NCBI GenBank assembly: GCA_031281265.1
Contig: JAITFO010000092.1
Span: forward strand, 17,132 to 81,131
DNA length: 64,000 nt
DNA from: Candidatus Fibrimonadaceae bacterium
Lineage (GTDB): Bacteria > Fibrobacterota > Fibrobacteria > Fibrobacterales > Fibrobacteraceae
Direction: 5' to 3'
Within the stretch, counting starts at the first letter, position 1. Each line of letters opens with the position of its first letter. Positions 1 through 8,912 of this stretch are shown piece after piece. The translations under genes were made by a program, and so were the position numbers. Under the pieces are notes generated by a model, which did no database searches, was not told where the DNA came from, and was given only the letters and a program-made list of their open reading frames with translations.

Positions 1-582
1 TTGGATTTTGAACACCGCGAAATAATATCTTCCGGTTCTTTGCTTGCCTTGTTAAACGAAAACATAGGATTAAAGGAGGCTTATTATCTAGGTGGAGAAG
101 GTGGCAGATCTTTTATGGAGGATGCAAAGATTGAAATTGTGGAAAATCCATCTGACCCTATAGTTATTTTGTGCGGAATAAAACCAACGCAATCGGAGAT
201 GGATAAGGCCATAAAAATTTTATCGAATAAAAATTCAAAGGTATTGGTGCTGAACCCTGATGTTTACGCACCAGACCAAAACGGCGAAAAAATTCCTGTT
301 ACAGGTTCTATAGCCAACACCCTAAAAGAAAAAACCGGTTGCAACCTTCTATTTTGCGGAAAGCCATTCCCTTTGATTTTTGAAATTGCGCTCCGCAGCC
401 TTATACCCAGCACCGAAAGCGTTGTGATGCTCGGCGACACACTTGGAACAGACATTGCGGGGGCAAATATAGCGGGTATAGATTCTGCTTTGGTGCTTGG
501 CAGGAATGTCAAGGAAGACGAACTCAGGGATGATATCTATGAACTGGGAATTAGCCCAACTTATATTTTGAATGGCTTTTGA
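1..582 (+). CDS. HAD-superfamily subfamily IIA (NagD-like) hydrolase, probably 5'-truncated by the window edge
   Basis: The ORF runs from base 1. The C-terminal 'VVMLGDTLGTDIAGANIAGIDSALVLGRNV' matches the GD..TD motif IV region of HAD-IIA hydrolases. Confidence 0.6.
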   Translation: MDFEHREIISSGSLLALLNENIGLKEAYYLGGEGGRSFMEDAKIEIVENPSDPIVILCGIKPTQSEMDKAIKILSNKNSKVLVLNPDVYAPDQNGEKIPVTGSIANTLKEKTGCNLLFCGKPFPLIFEIALRSLIPSTESVVMLGDTLGTDIAGANIAGIDSALVLGRNVKEDELRDDIYELGISPTYILNGF

Positions 583-585
583 ACT

Positions 586-3171
586 ATGCCTCAAACAACT
601 ATAAAGCGAAAAAAAACTAGAGTAAAAAATAAAACCGCAGCGGTCACTGCGAAAGCGATGGAAGGCAGCAGCAAAACTGAATTCATAGTTCTATTCATCT
701 TTTTATCGCTGTTGGTAGTAGTTTCCGCAATGTCTTTGATAGGTGGCTTTGGCCCTTATGCAGAAAAATTGGCAACTCTTGAGGTGACTTTTTTTGGCCC
801 CACTCCGCTGATTTTATTGCTCGCCTCCTGCGTATCTCTAATAATCTGGCTTTTTTTGAACAAGATACTTACCCCTCCCAGGGAGAGCAAAATTCCATTT
901 GGGCATTACGCTCTTGGCTTTATGCTGCTCTACGTGTTTTTCAGCATAATCCTCGCCATAATGATGCCGGATACCTTGAAAGCCATTCCGCTTAAATTTG
1001 AAAAAGCATCGAGTGAATACGCTGGCTTTATAGGTTTGTTTTTGGCAAAAGAAGCTATCCCTCCGGTTTTTGGGCAAGACACAGGCGGACTTTTGTTCTG
1101 CTCCGGGCTTGGTATTTTGATGACATCTTTTTGTTTTGGGCTAAGACCAAGGCACCTGCTTGAAATAATAAAAAGAATAAAACTCGGAATACAAACTCTC
1201 TTTTTCAATTTGGATTTTTCAAAAGAACCGCCAAGAGTCACAACGTTTATCAGACGGGCGGAAACGGGTGATTATGTTGCTGTTAGGCTTGGCGAGGTTA
1301 AACCCGCAAAAGGCTCGCCTTTTGGGAAGCAGCAAGAAGCTCCCTTAGTTGCTCCAACTATGCCGGGTAAACTTGCAAAAGAAGAAACCTCTTTAGATGC
1401 AATAGAGAAAATAAAAAAAGAGTTATCCCTTGCCGCAGATTCCGGAGACCAACGCGAAATACGCCGCTTGCGCGACGAGCTTGCCGAATACAAACGCATA
1501 GAGGAAATGAACAAATGGGAAGAAGTAAAAGGAAACGAATTAAAGATAGAAGGATTGCTTGGGAAGAAGGAAGAGAAGCCAAAAGATAACGGTAGTAATG
1601 GAGAGTTGAGAATGGAGAGTGGAGAATATATTGAAAAAAATAATTCTCAATTATCAATTCTCAACTCTCAATTAACCAAGAGTGAAGAAAATAAAGTTCA
1701 ATACGAAGAATATCGCATTCCGTTCCCTGCGGAAATTTTGGCCCCTGTGCCAGACCAAACCGTAGATTACTCGGAGCAAGAACTCCACGAAATAGGCATG
1801 GATATAGAATCCAAGCTGGACAATTTCAAGGTTAAGGGCAAGGTTACAGGCATTATGACTGGCCCTGTTGTGATACGCTTTGAAATAGAACCTGGCCCCG
1901 GTATAAAGGTCTCCAGATTCGAAAGCCTGGCAGATGACTTAGCTCTGTTGCTCAAAACCGCTTCCGTAAGGGTTATATCTTCTATACCTGGCAAATCCGC
2001 CGTTGGCATAGAAATCCCAAACCGAAAACCGCAAACTGTTTTTTGCAGAGAAATTCTGGAATCATCAAAATTCACCAAAGACCCAAAAAAACTTCAGGTG
2101 GTGTTAGGCAAAGATATAATGGGGGATGCTTATGTGACGGATTTGACCAAAGCACCGCACTTGCTCATAGCGGGGCAAACAGGTGCGGGAAAATCCGTTT
2201 GCATAAATGTTCTTTTGGCAAGCCTTCTGTTCAGCAAAACGCCTGATGAAGTTCGACTTATTCTAGTTGACCCAAAGGTTGTGGAGCTTGCAATGTACAG
2301 AGACATCCCGCATCTTTTGCATCCCGTTATAACATCGCCGGAGATTGCTGTGCAAGCCCTGAAATGGCTCTGCGTGGAAATGGACAGACGCTACGGGGTT
2401 TTGGCAAATGCAAAAGTTCGCAACATAGAGGGTTTTAATGATAAGTTTAAAAAATTGGAACTTGGCGAAGAGGTTCCCGAAGAAGACCGCAAACTTATGC
2501 CATTTATAGTTGTTATAATTGACGAGTTGGCAGATTTAATGATGACCGCTGGCAAAGAGATAGAAACCAGCATTGCTCGCATAGCGCAAAAAGCGAGAGC
2601 GGTTGGCATCCATTTGGTTTTGGCAACTCAAAGACCATCTGTAAATGTGATAACCGGAGTGATAAAGGCAAACCTGCCTTCTAGAATGAGCTTTAAAGTG
2701 GCTTCTTATATAGACTCAAAAACCATTTTGGATGGAGTGGGTGCAGAGAAGCTACTCGGAAAAGGCGATATGCTATTCCGCTCAAATGACAATCCCGAAT
2801 TGGTACGTATTCATGGCGCTTTTCTAAAAGATTCGGAGGTGGAGGCTCTTGCCAATGCCTGTTCAAATCAAAATGTGAACTACGAACGCGTTGAAACCTT
2901 TGAGGTTGGAGACTCGATGAGCGGCGAAGACATGGGCTTTACGCCAGTTAAAAGCAAAGACCCATTGTTTTGGGAAGCCGCACGCTTGGGCTTGGAAGCG
3001 GGAGAGCTTTCTATAAGTACCTTGCAGAGAAGGTTGAGCATAGGGTTTGCACGTGCCGGAAAAATAATGGATCAGCTAACGGCAGAAGGCATTTGCGGCA
3101 AACCAAACGGCAGCAAGCCGAGAAAAATGCTCATGGACGAAGAGATGATAAATAATCTTGAAAGAAGATAA
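586..3171 (+). CDS. ftsK: DNA translocase FtsK/SpoIIIE
   Basis: 861 aa with N-terminal TM helices and a charged linker. Walker A 'GQTGAGKSV', Walker B 'VVIIDELADLMM', and a C-terminal gamma winged helix 'STLQRRLSIGFARAGKIMDQL'. Confidence 0.95.
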   Translation: MPQTTIKRKKTRVKNKTAAVTAKAMEGSSKTEFIVLFIFLSLLVVVSAMSLIGGFGPYAEKLATLEVTFFGPTPLILLLASCVSLIIWLFLNKILTPPRESKIPFGHYALGFMLLYVFFSIILAIMMPDTLKAIPLKFEKASSEYAGFIGLFLAKEAIPPVFGQDTGGLLFCSGLGILMTSFCFGLRPRHLLEIIKRIKLGIQTLFFNLDFSKEPPRVTTFIRRAETGDYVAVRLGEVKPAKGSPFGKQQEAPLVAPTMPGKLAKEETSLDAIEKIKKELSLAADSGDQREIRRLRDELAEYKRIEEMNKWEEVKGNELKIEGLLGKKEEKPKDNGSNGELRMESGEYIEKNNSQLSILNSQLTKSEENKVQYEEYRIPFPAEILAPVPDQTVDYSEQELHEIGMDIESKLDNFKVKGKVTGIMTGPVVIRFEIEPGPGIKVSRFESLADDLALLLKTASVRVISSIPGKSAVGIEIPNRKPQTVFCREILESSKFTKDPKKLQVVLGKDIMGDAYVTDLTKAPHLLIAGQTGAGKSVCINVLLASLLFSKTPDEVRLILVDPKVVELAMYRDIPHLLHPVITSPEIAVQALKWLCVEMDRRYGVLANAKVRNIEGFNDKFKKLELGEEVPEEDRKLMPFIVVIIDELADLMMTAGKEIETSIARIAQKARAVGIHLVLATQRPSVNVITGVIKANLPSRMSFKVASYIDSKTILDGVGAEKLLGKGDMLFRSNDNPELVRIHGAFLKDSEVEALANACSNQNVNYERVETFEVGDSMSGEDMGFTPVKSKDPLFWEAARLGLEAGELSISTLQRRLSIGFARAGKIMDQLTAEGICGKPNGSKPRKMLMDEEMINNLERR

Positions 3172-3197
3172 TTAAAAAATCTCCATTCAAGGGGGGA
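3172..3197 (+). repeat. 26-nt sequence TTAAAAAATCTCCATTCAAGGGGGGA, copy 1; a perfect inverted copy lies at 62391..62416
   Basis: Read directly. It starts one base after the ftsK TAA stop and lies between the convergent ftsK and cpoB genes. Confidence 0.85.
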
Positions 3198-3203
3198 TAT
3201 AAA

Positions 3204-3941
3204 TTAATTCATCTTTTTTAATTCTGACTGTGCTTGCAAAGCTCTTGGGCTTTTTGGATAGAACTCTTGGACTTTGCGGAAAACCGCCCTTGCCGCCTCT
3301 GCATTTCCAACTTTCTGCAAACACATCCCTATTTGAAATTGAGCATCTGCATGCTTAAGGGACTCTCTATAAAAAAACACCTTTTCAAAAGCGGAAATTG
3401 CCTGCGCATAATTGCCAAGCTCCATTCGTGCTTCACCTACCCAATACCAAGCATCGCTTGCCCATTTGCTCTTTGGATAAAGAACCGTAACGCTCTCAAA
3501 AGCTCTTGCAGCCGCTTCGTAGTTTTTTTGCACAAATAGGTATTGAGCTTGTTCGTATTCCGCCGGCAAACCGCTAGGAACGCTAGGAACCTGCTCACGG
3601 CTTGGGTTTACCAACGGAACCTGATTTTGATTTTCCAAAAATCTGCGTAAAAATGCAACTTCTTCCCTTAAAAGAGCTATTTGCAACTGATTTTCGTCTA
3701 TTTTGGCAATCGGCATAATGGAAAAAGTGCTATCCACTATATCTATCTGCCTTGATATGAAATCCAACTGGAACAAAGCGGAGGCTACCCGCAAGGAATC
3801 TAACCTTGCCAGGTTCAGAGCTGCCTCTGCCGTAGCTTCTACCTCATTAAGATCCTCAATAGTAACAGCCTTCTTTCTGGACGAGCAAGCTACCACAATA
3901 AACAACGCCAAAACAGCAGAAAAGTATTTCAACAATTTCAT
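3204..3941 (-). CDS. cpoB: Tol-Pal system protein YbgF/CpoB (coiled coil + TPR lipoprotein)
   Basis: Lipobox 'VVACSS'. The C-terminal 'YPKSKWASDAWYWVGEARMELGNYAQAISAFEKV...EFYPKSPRALQAQ' fits the YbgF TPR consensus. Confidence 0.85.
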   Translation of the reverse strand: MKLLKYFSAVLALFIVVACSSRKKAVTIEDLNEVEATAEAALNLARLDSLRVASALFQLDFISRQIDIVDSTFSIMPIAKIDENQLQIALLREEVAFLRRFLENQNQVPLVNPSREQVPSVPSGLPAEYEQAQYLFVQKNYEAAARAFESVTVLYPKSKWASDAWYWVGEARMELGNYAQAISAFEKVFFYRESLKHADAQFQIGMCLQKVGNAEAARAVFRKVQEFYPKSPRALQAQSELKKMN

Positions 3942-3980
3942 AATCAGGGATAATTTAGAAAATTTTCTATTTTACTTTTT

Positions 3981-5270
3981 GTGTTTTTTAAAAAAATTGC
4001 ATTTGCGTTTTTAATTTGCCTACTCCCACAGGTTGTTTTTGCCATTAACGATGGCAGTGATTTTTTGGTGATTCCGTCTGCGGAAATTTTGGGAGACAAA
4101 TCCTTTCAAATCAGGGGAACCCTTGGCCACTATGAAGTAAATTGCGCTGGTTATGGCGAGCCTATGTGCAACAAGTTCCCATTTGTGAGCTCTCTCCGTT
4201 TTGGACTTTTCAACTCTTTTGAGTTTGGAGTTCAATTTGGAAGCACCGTATCTTTTGACGTAAAAGCCAATCTCAACAAATCCTATAGCTTTGTTCCCGC
4301 TTTTGCGCTTGGAGCAAGAGCTTTTGTGCAAAGCCCTGAGGCCTATTTCTACTCCATTCCAAAAAGCGCTCGCAAAGAGCAAACAGGGGAATTTTACGGG
4401 GTTGCGCAGTGGGGTGGCGAATTGTGGAACCTCTTAGGTGGAGTTTCCGTTTTCCCCACTATGGAGGCAGATGAGGTTGCTCCTCTCTGGGGCTATGAGC
4501 AGGGGCTGGGTACACAGAAACTAAGCATAGTTTATGAGGGATTTTTCAGGCACGGGTATCCTCATCACAATATGGGTTTCTCTTTTAAACCCACAAAATC
4601 TTTACAAATTAGCGCTGGGGCAAGTGAATTTTACAGATTCTTTTTCACGGAAGACGGTGATTTTAAGTTCAGAACTAAAAATCGCAATGCAGCCACAGGT
4701 TATCGCTCACCGGGAATTTACACCTCTATTGCTATCAATGCAGGGCCTAAACCGAGCATAAGCCAAAAATCTGATATAGATAGCCTTAGAAAGCAACTCA
4801 CGGATCAAGAAACGGAGTTAGCCAATATACGCACAAGAATGGATATACTTGAAGCGGAAAAAACAAATTCGAGCACAAACCTCTTATTGCGAAGGGAATT
4901 TCAGTTAATAGTAAATGGTTATAAAGCCGATGATTTTAAACCCGATTCTCTGCTCGTAAAAGAACAGCTCTTTATGAACAGAGGGCCTATCGCAAAAAAT
5001 TTTGTTTTAAAAGAAGCTATGGATGATGCAAGCGCACCGGAAAACAGGATTACGGCAATCCGCATTATGAGCCATTTCCCGGATTCGACTTTCTTGGAAC
5101 CTTTGGGCAAAATAGTTGCAGACGGTTCAAACGAGTCCATTTCTAGAGAAGCCGCCCTTGCGCTTGGCACAATAAACACGCCTGAATCTCGTAAAATTCT
5201 CTCCACCGTTGCGAACCAAACTCAAGGAATAGTCAGGGAAACCATAGTACAAATAATGGGAACGCTGTGA
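3981..5270 (+). CDS. Secreted hypothetical protein with coiled coil and C-terminal HEAT-like repeats
   Basis: GTG start and a signal peptide 'FLICLLPQVVFA'. The C-terminal 'ITAIRIMSHFPDSTFLEPLGKIV...REAALALGTINTPESRKIL' looks like PBS-lyase/HEAT repeats. Confidence 0.5.
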   Translation: MFFKKIAFAFLICLLPQVVFAINDGSDFLVIPSAEILGDKSFQIRGTLGHYEVNCAGYGEPMCNKFPFVSSLRFGLFNSFEFGVQFGSTVSFDVKANLNKSYSFVPAFALGARAFVQSPEAYFYSIPKSARKEQTGEFYGVAQWGGELWNLLGGVSVFPTMEADEVAPLWGYEQGLGTQKLSIVYEGFFRHGYPHHNMGFSFKPTKSLQISAGASEFYRFFFTEDGDFKFRTKNRNAATGYRSPGIYTSIAINAGPKPSISQKSDIDSLRKQLTDQETELANIRTRMDILEAEKTNSSTNLLLRREFQLIVNGYKADDFKPDSLLVKEQLFMNRGPIAKNFVLKEAMDDASAPENRITAIRIMSHFPDSTFLEPLGKIVADGSNESISREAALALGTINTPESRKILSTVANQTQGIVRETIVQIMGTL

Positions 5271-6049
5271 TAAACCCTATGACTCTACAAAAGAGCTCTG
5301 ACGGAAAGGTGATTTTGGATGTCCGGCACGTGAAGCGCGATTTTAAAATGGGGACAGAAGTTGTGCACGCTCTGCGCGGTGTTAGCTTTTCGATTTTTGC
5401 GGGAGAATTTGTAACCATAATGGGAACGAGCGGCAGCGGCAAATCAACTTTGCTTTACACCCTCGGCTGCATGGACAGGCCTACGAGCGGCGAATATATT
5501 TTGGATGGCGAGCCAACTCATAAATTAAAAAGGGATTCTCTTTCGGAATTGAGAAATAGAAAAATAGGTTTTGTGTTCCAGAATTACAGCCTTTTGGCAC
5601 GCACAAGCGCTTTGGAAAATGTTGAACTACCATTGCTTTACGATTCCGAAGTTTCTTCCAAAGACAGAAGGGAACGCGCTATGGCGAGTCTTGAAAAAGT
5701 TGGGCTTTCCAACCGCAGCGGGCACTTGCCAAACCAGCTTTCCGGCGGCCAGCAACAGAGGGTTGCCATAGCAAGGGCTTTGGTGAACGACCCCGTTATG
5801 ATTTTGGCAGACGAAGCGACTGGAAATTTAGATACCCGTACCAGCTATGAGATAATGTCCATCTTTCAAAAATTGAATGAGCAGGGAAAAACCATAGTTT
5901 TTGTAACACACGAAACGGACATCGCCAATTTCAGCGAACGTACTATAAAATTAAAAGATGGACTTTTGCACAGCGACTACAAAAACGAAAACATCGCAAA
6001 CGCAGAGAAAGCACTCGCGGAATTACCAATGCCTCAAGATGAGAAGTAG
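5267..6049 (+). CDS. ABC transporter ATP-binding protein (MacB/LolD-like ATPase)
   Basis: Walker A 'GTSGSGKST', signature '[15 protein letters not shown]', Walker B '[11 protein letters not shown]'. 4-nt overlap with the upstream gene. Confidence 0.9.
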   Translation: MINPMTLQKSSDGKVILDVRHVKRDFKMGTEVVHALRGVSFSIFAGEFVTIMGTSGSGKSTLLYTLGCMDRPTSGEYILDGEPTHKLKRDSLSELRNRKIGFVFQNYSLLARTSALENVELPLLYDSEVSSKDRRERAMASLEKVGLSNRSGHLPNQLSGGQQQRVAIARALVNDPVMILADEATGNLDTRTSYEIMSIFQKLNEQGKTIVFVTHETDIANFSERTIKLKDGLLHSDYKNENIANAEKALAELPMPQDEK

Positions 6050-6064
6050 AATAACACAACGCGC

Positions 6065-6640
6065 TTAATCCTTCACGCAACGAACACTGTGCAAGTAGTG
6101 GTCGCTGTCGTAGTACCTGTAAACATCCTCGTCGTAGTATATGTACTGGCAGTAGGCACCGTAAGTACCGCCCGTGGCACTCCACCAGTAGCCACGGCTG
6201 CCGACACTGTTGTGCTTGCCATATATATAGCCGCGGCCGCCCGGCAGAGCCGCAAACCCCAAATCATCTGTGCCGTTGCCTGCTTTTCCTTTATTACTAT
6301 TCCAACCGCTTTTAGCTTTTAATTTAGTTCCTGCAGTAGATAAACCTCCAACAAAATTTATGAGCACATCCCATTCGTCATTGCTTGGCAAATGCCAGCC
6401 CTTTGGGCAAGCCTCCATAGTCGTTTCCCAATTATACAGCCTGCCATATTTTTCGCAGTTGGCTGGTTTGTCATCGTAGCATTCGGAACCGTTTATGTTG
6501 TAGTTCAAGTTCTCTGCCATCCAAGTTTGAGTGCCTATTGTAACAACTCTGTATTTCTTCCCGTCACGGCTGTCTGTAAGCTGCTGCCCGTAAGCGGCGA
6601 GGGCAAAGAGTAGCAAAACGAAACACATTCGTATAGCCAT
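6065..6640 (-). CDS. Fibrobacter succinogenes major paralogous domain protein (TIGR02145-type), single copy
   Basis: 'DSRDGKKYRVVTIGTQTWMAENLNY...CEKYGRLYNWETTMEACPKGWHLPSNDEWDVL...SVRCVKD'. Start set at the ATG giving the signal peptide MAIRMCFVLLLFALAAYG; the track start is an upstream GTG. Confidence 0.85.
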   Translation of the reverse strand: MAIRMCFVLLLFALAAYGQQLTDSRDGKKYRVVTIGTQTWMAENLNYNINGSECYDDKPANCEKYGRLYNWETTMEACPKGWHLPSNDEWDVLINFVGGLSTAGTKLKAKSGWNSNKGKAGNGTDDLGFAALPGGRGYIYGKHNSVGSRGYWWSATGGTYGAYCQYIYYDEDVYRYYDSDHYLHSVRCVKD

Positions 6641-6692
6641 AATGCGGGCAATGTAGAAAAACGTCAACACCTGTTTGCAAAATGTGCAAATC

Positions 6693-6724
6693 TGAATTTT
6701 TTTCGGCTTGACAAGCGTCTAAGG
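6693..6724 (+). promoter_or_regulatory. Conserved 32-nt upstream element, copy A (TGAATTTTTTTCGGCTTGACAAGCGTCTAAGG); possible ECF-type promoter
   Basis: 29/32 identical, without gaps, to 26583..26614. Both copies end 27-28 nt before an ATG that has a Shine-Dalgarno sequence. Confidence 0.4.
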
Positions 6725-6751
6725 TATTGAAATCAAATTAGGAGTTTCAGT

Positions 6752-7612
6752 ATGGAAAACGTGAAAACAAACCGCAAGCATAAAGACAGCGTGTTCACAA
6801 AGCTGTTCGGTGAAAAAAGCAACCTTTTGGAGCTGTATAACGCAGTAAGCGGAAAGAATTACCCCGAAAGCACGGAAATTGAGATAATAACGCTCTCGGA
6901 TGTTCTTTATATGGAGCAACTCAACGACATAGCTTTCGTGATAGACAATAGACTTGTAGTCTTAATTGAGCACCAATCTACGATTAACGAGAATATGCCC
7001 CTGCGGATGCTGATATACATATCTAGGGAATACGAAAAGATAACAACGAGCAAAAACCTATATAAGGAAAGGATGATAAAAATCCCCACGCCCGAGTTCA
7101 TAGTTTTATATAACGGCAAAAAAGAATTCCCAGATTTCAAGGAGATGAAGTTATCGGATTCGTTTGAGCTGAAAAATGATATTTGCTTTCTAGAGCTTGT
7201 TGTGAAAGCGTACAACATAAATAAGGGCAGGAATATAGAGATGGCAAATAAAAGCCCCACTTTGAATGGTTACGAGACATTCATAGCCGAGATAAATGAG
7301 AACTTGAAAACGATGAGCCTGCCTGCTGCAATTAAGACCGCTATAACGAGCTGCATTAGCAAAGGTATTTTAGTATATTTCCTAAGAGAGCACGGGTCGG
7401 AGATTGAGAATATGTTGCTAACAGGATGGAATATGAAGGATGCCCTTGCGGTTGCTAGAGAGGAAGGCACGGAAGATGGTATTGAGATTGGTATAGAAAA
7501 AGGCATTGGGATAGGCGTGGAAAAAGGTAGAGATGAAATTCTAAACCTCATAAAGCAAGGTTATAGTTTAGCGGACATTGAAAATATGCTTAAGGCACGG
7601 GTCGGAGAGTGA
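6752..7612 (+). CDS. Rpn/YhgA-like PD-(D/E)XK recombination-promoting nuclease (putative transposase family)
   Basis: N-terminal 'HKDSVFTKLF' and core 'VVLIEHQSTINENMPLRMLIYISREY' are typical of the family. The C-terminus has a GIEIGIEKGIGIGVEKG repeat. Confidence 0.85.
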   Translation: MENVKTNRKHKDSVFTKLFGEKSNLLELYNAVSGKNYPESTEIEIITLSDVLYMEQLNDIAFVIDNRLVVLIEHQSTINENMPLRMLIYISREYEKITTSKNLYKERMIKIPTPEFIVLYNGKKEFPDFKEMKLSDSFELKNDICFLELVVKAYNINKGRNIEMANKSPTLNGYETFIAEINENLKTMSLPAAIKTAITSCISKGILVYFLREHGSEIENMLLTGWNMKDALAVAREEGTEDGIEIGIEKGIGIGVEKGRDEILNLIKQGYSLADIENMLKARVGE

Positions 7613-7619
7613 GAACATT

Positions 7620-8912
7620 ATGCTCCTAAGGCTAATCGCATTATCTCTGTTGCTCGCTTGCGAAATTTTTGCGCAGAGGTATGAAGATTTAACCCTGCAA
7701 AATTGCATTGAGATAGCCAAGAAAAATTCTTTGAGTTTGGCTTCTGCAAAGCTCTCGGAAAAAACTGCCGAGTCCGCTTTGGGACAAGCGAGATATGCCG
7801 CTAGGCTTCCAGATTTAAGGGGGAACATTTCGCAGAGCGTAGCAGGTAGCCCACTGCTTGAAGATTCAAAAAAACGCTATGCGCTTGGTGTGGGCATAAG
7901 TTCTTCCATGCCAATTTTCACAGGAGGCAAAATATATCATTCGGTGAACAGGGCAGAACATAACAAAGAAATTGCAACGCTCAATTCAGATGCGGCGGAG
8001 AGAAATTTATCCGAACAGGTGATAAGAACCTATATACAAGTTTGGTCTTTAATAGAATCAGAAATTTCCGCGAAAGCTTCGCTGGCTCTTTCCAAAAGAT
8101 TGCTCGCAAGAGATTCCATTCTTTTAAAAGCAGGAAGCACCACTTCAATAGACATTGCTTTGGCTTTTGCCCAAGTTGCAAGCGATAGTTTAAATTTATT
8201 GCAAACGCAGAGCAATTTAACCCAAAGCTACACCGCTCTCCGCCAGCTTTTGGAAATTCCGCAAAATTCCAGTTTCTCCGTTTCGCCACCGGACTCCGCA
8301 AAATCAGAAACTACAGAAAATTATGCAACACTGCTAGAATCAGCACAGAAAAATTCCATAGATAAAAAAATAGATTCCCTTTCTGTTTTGGCGGCAAAAG
8401 AAGCGGTTGGCATTGCAAAATCCGCTTACTACCCCAGCGTATCTCTAAGCGGCTCGCTGAGTTCCGGATTTCACTGGGAAATTGACGACCCTAGATATCA
8501 AAAACAATTGAAGAACGGGCTGGGCTATTCCGCATCGCTTGGCATCAGCATTCCAATTATAGATTGGGGTGCAGCCACAGATGGAGTTTTGCAAGCGCAA
8601 GTCTCTGAAGAAAGAGCGCAGATCTCGGCTCTCAATACGCAAAAACAGCTCGAAAATACCATTGAGCAATTAGCTCTGCAAGTTGAAACTTACCGCTTGC
8701 AATGGGAAGTTTCCACCATTCAAATGGAAGCTCAAAAATTATCTTTGGAAAGGTCTGTTCATCAGCACGAATTGGGAATGCTGGATATATCTTCGCTGGT
8801 GCAGCAACAAACTATTTTCAACAGTTCGCAAGTAAAACATAACCAAGCTAAATACAGTTATCTGCTCGGAAATCTGCTTTTGGACCTATACACAGGGAAT
8901 ATTTCAAGATGA
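7620..8912 (+). CDS. TolC-family outer-membrane efflux protein
   Basis: Signal peptide MLLRLIALSLLLACEIFAQ and two repeated halves with coiled-coil/beta motifs ('LTLQNCIEIAKKNS', 'AKSAYYPSVSLSGS'). The start was moved to the ATG at 7620, because the track's TTG start overlaps the Rpn gene. Confidence 0.85.
   Translation: MLLRLIALSLLLACEIFAQRYEDLTLQNCIEIAKKNSLSLASAKLSEKTAESALGQARYAARLPDLRGNISQSVAGSPLLEDSKKRYALGVGISSSMPIFTGGKIYHSVNRAEHNKEIATLNSDAAERNLSEQVIRTYIQVWSLIESEISAKASLALSKRLLARDSILLKAGSTTSIDIALAFAQVASDSLNLLQTQSNLTQSYTALRQLLEIPQNSSFSVSPPDSAKSETTENYATLLESAQKNSIDKKIDSLSVLAAKEAVGIAKSAYYPSVSLSGSLSSGFHWEIDDPRYQKQLKNGLGYSASLGISIPIIDWGAATDGVLQAQVSEERAQISALNTQKQLENTIEQLALQVETYRLQWEVSTIQMEAQKLSLERSVHQHELGMLDISSLVQQQTIFNSSQVKHNQAKYSYLLGNLLLDLYTGNISR

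Noticed and set aside
6708-6713. The TTGACA inside the conserved 32-nt element, read as a sigma-70 -35 box.
   Set aside because: No acceptable -10 hexamer lies 16-18 nt downstream in either copy, and copy B reads TCGACA. The element is therefore reported as a conserved motif with an ECF-type alternative, not as a sigma-70 promoter.
7480-7545. Short periodic DNA repeats that might have suggested a CRISPR or tandem-repeat locus. One is the GIEIGIEKGIGIGVEKG coding repeat; another is the PE repeat near 24690-24740.
   Set aside because: The repeats are only 6-12 nt, contiguous, in frame and coding. There are no spacers and no cas genes, so this is not a CRISPR array.
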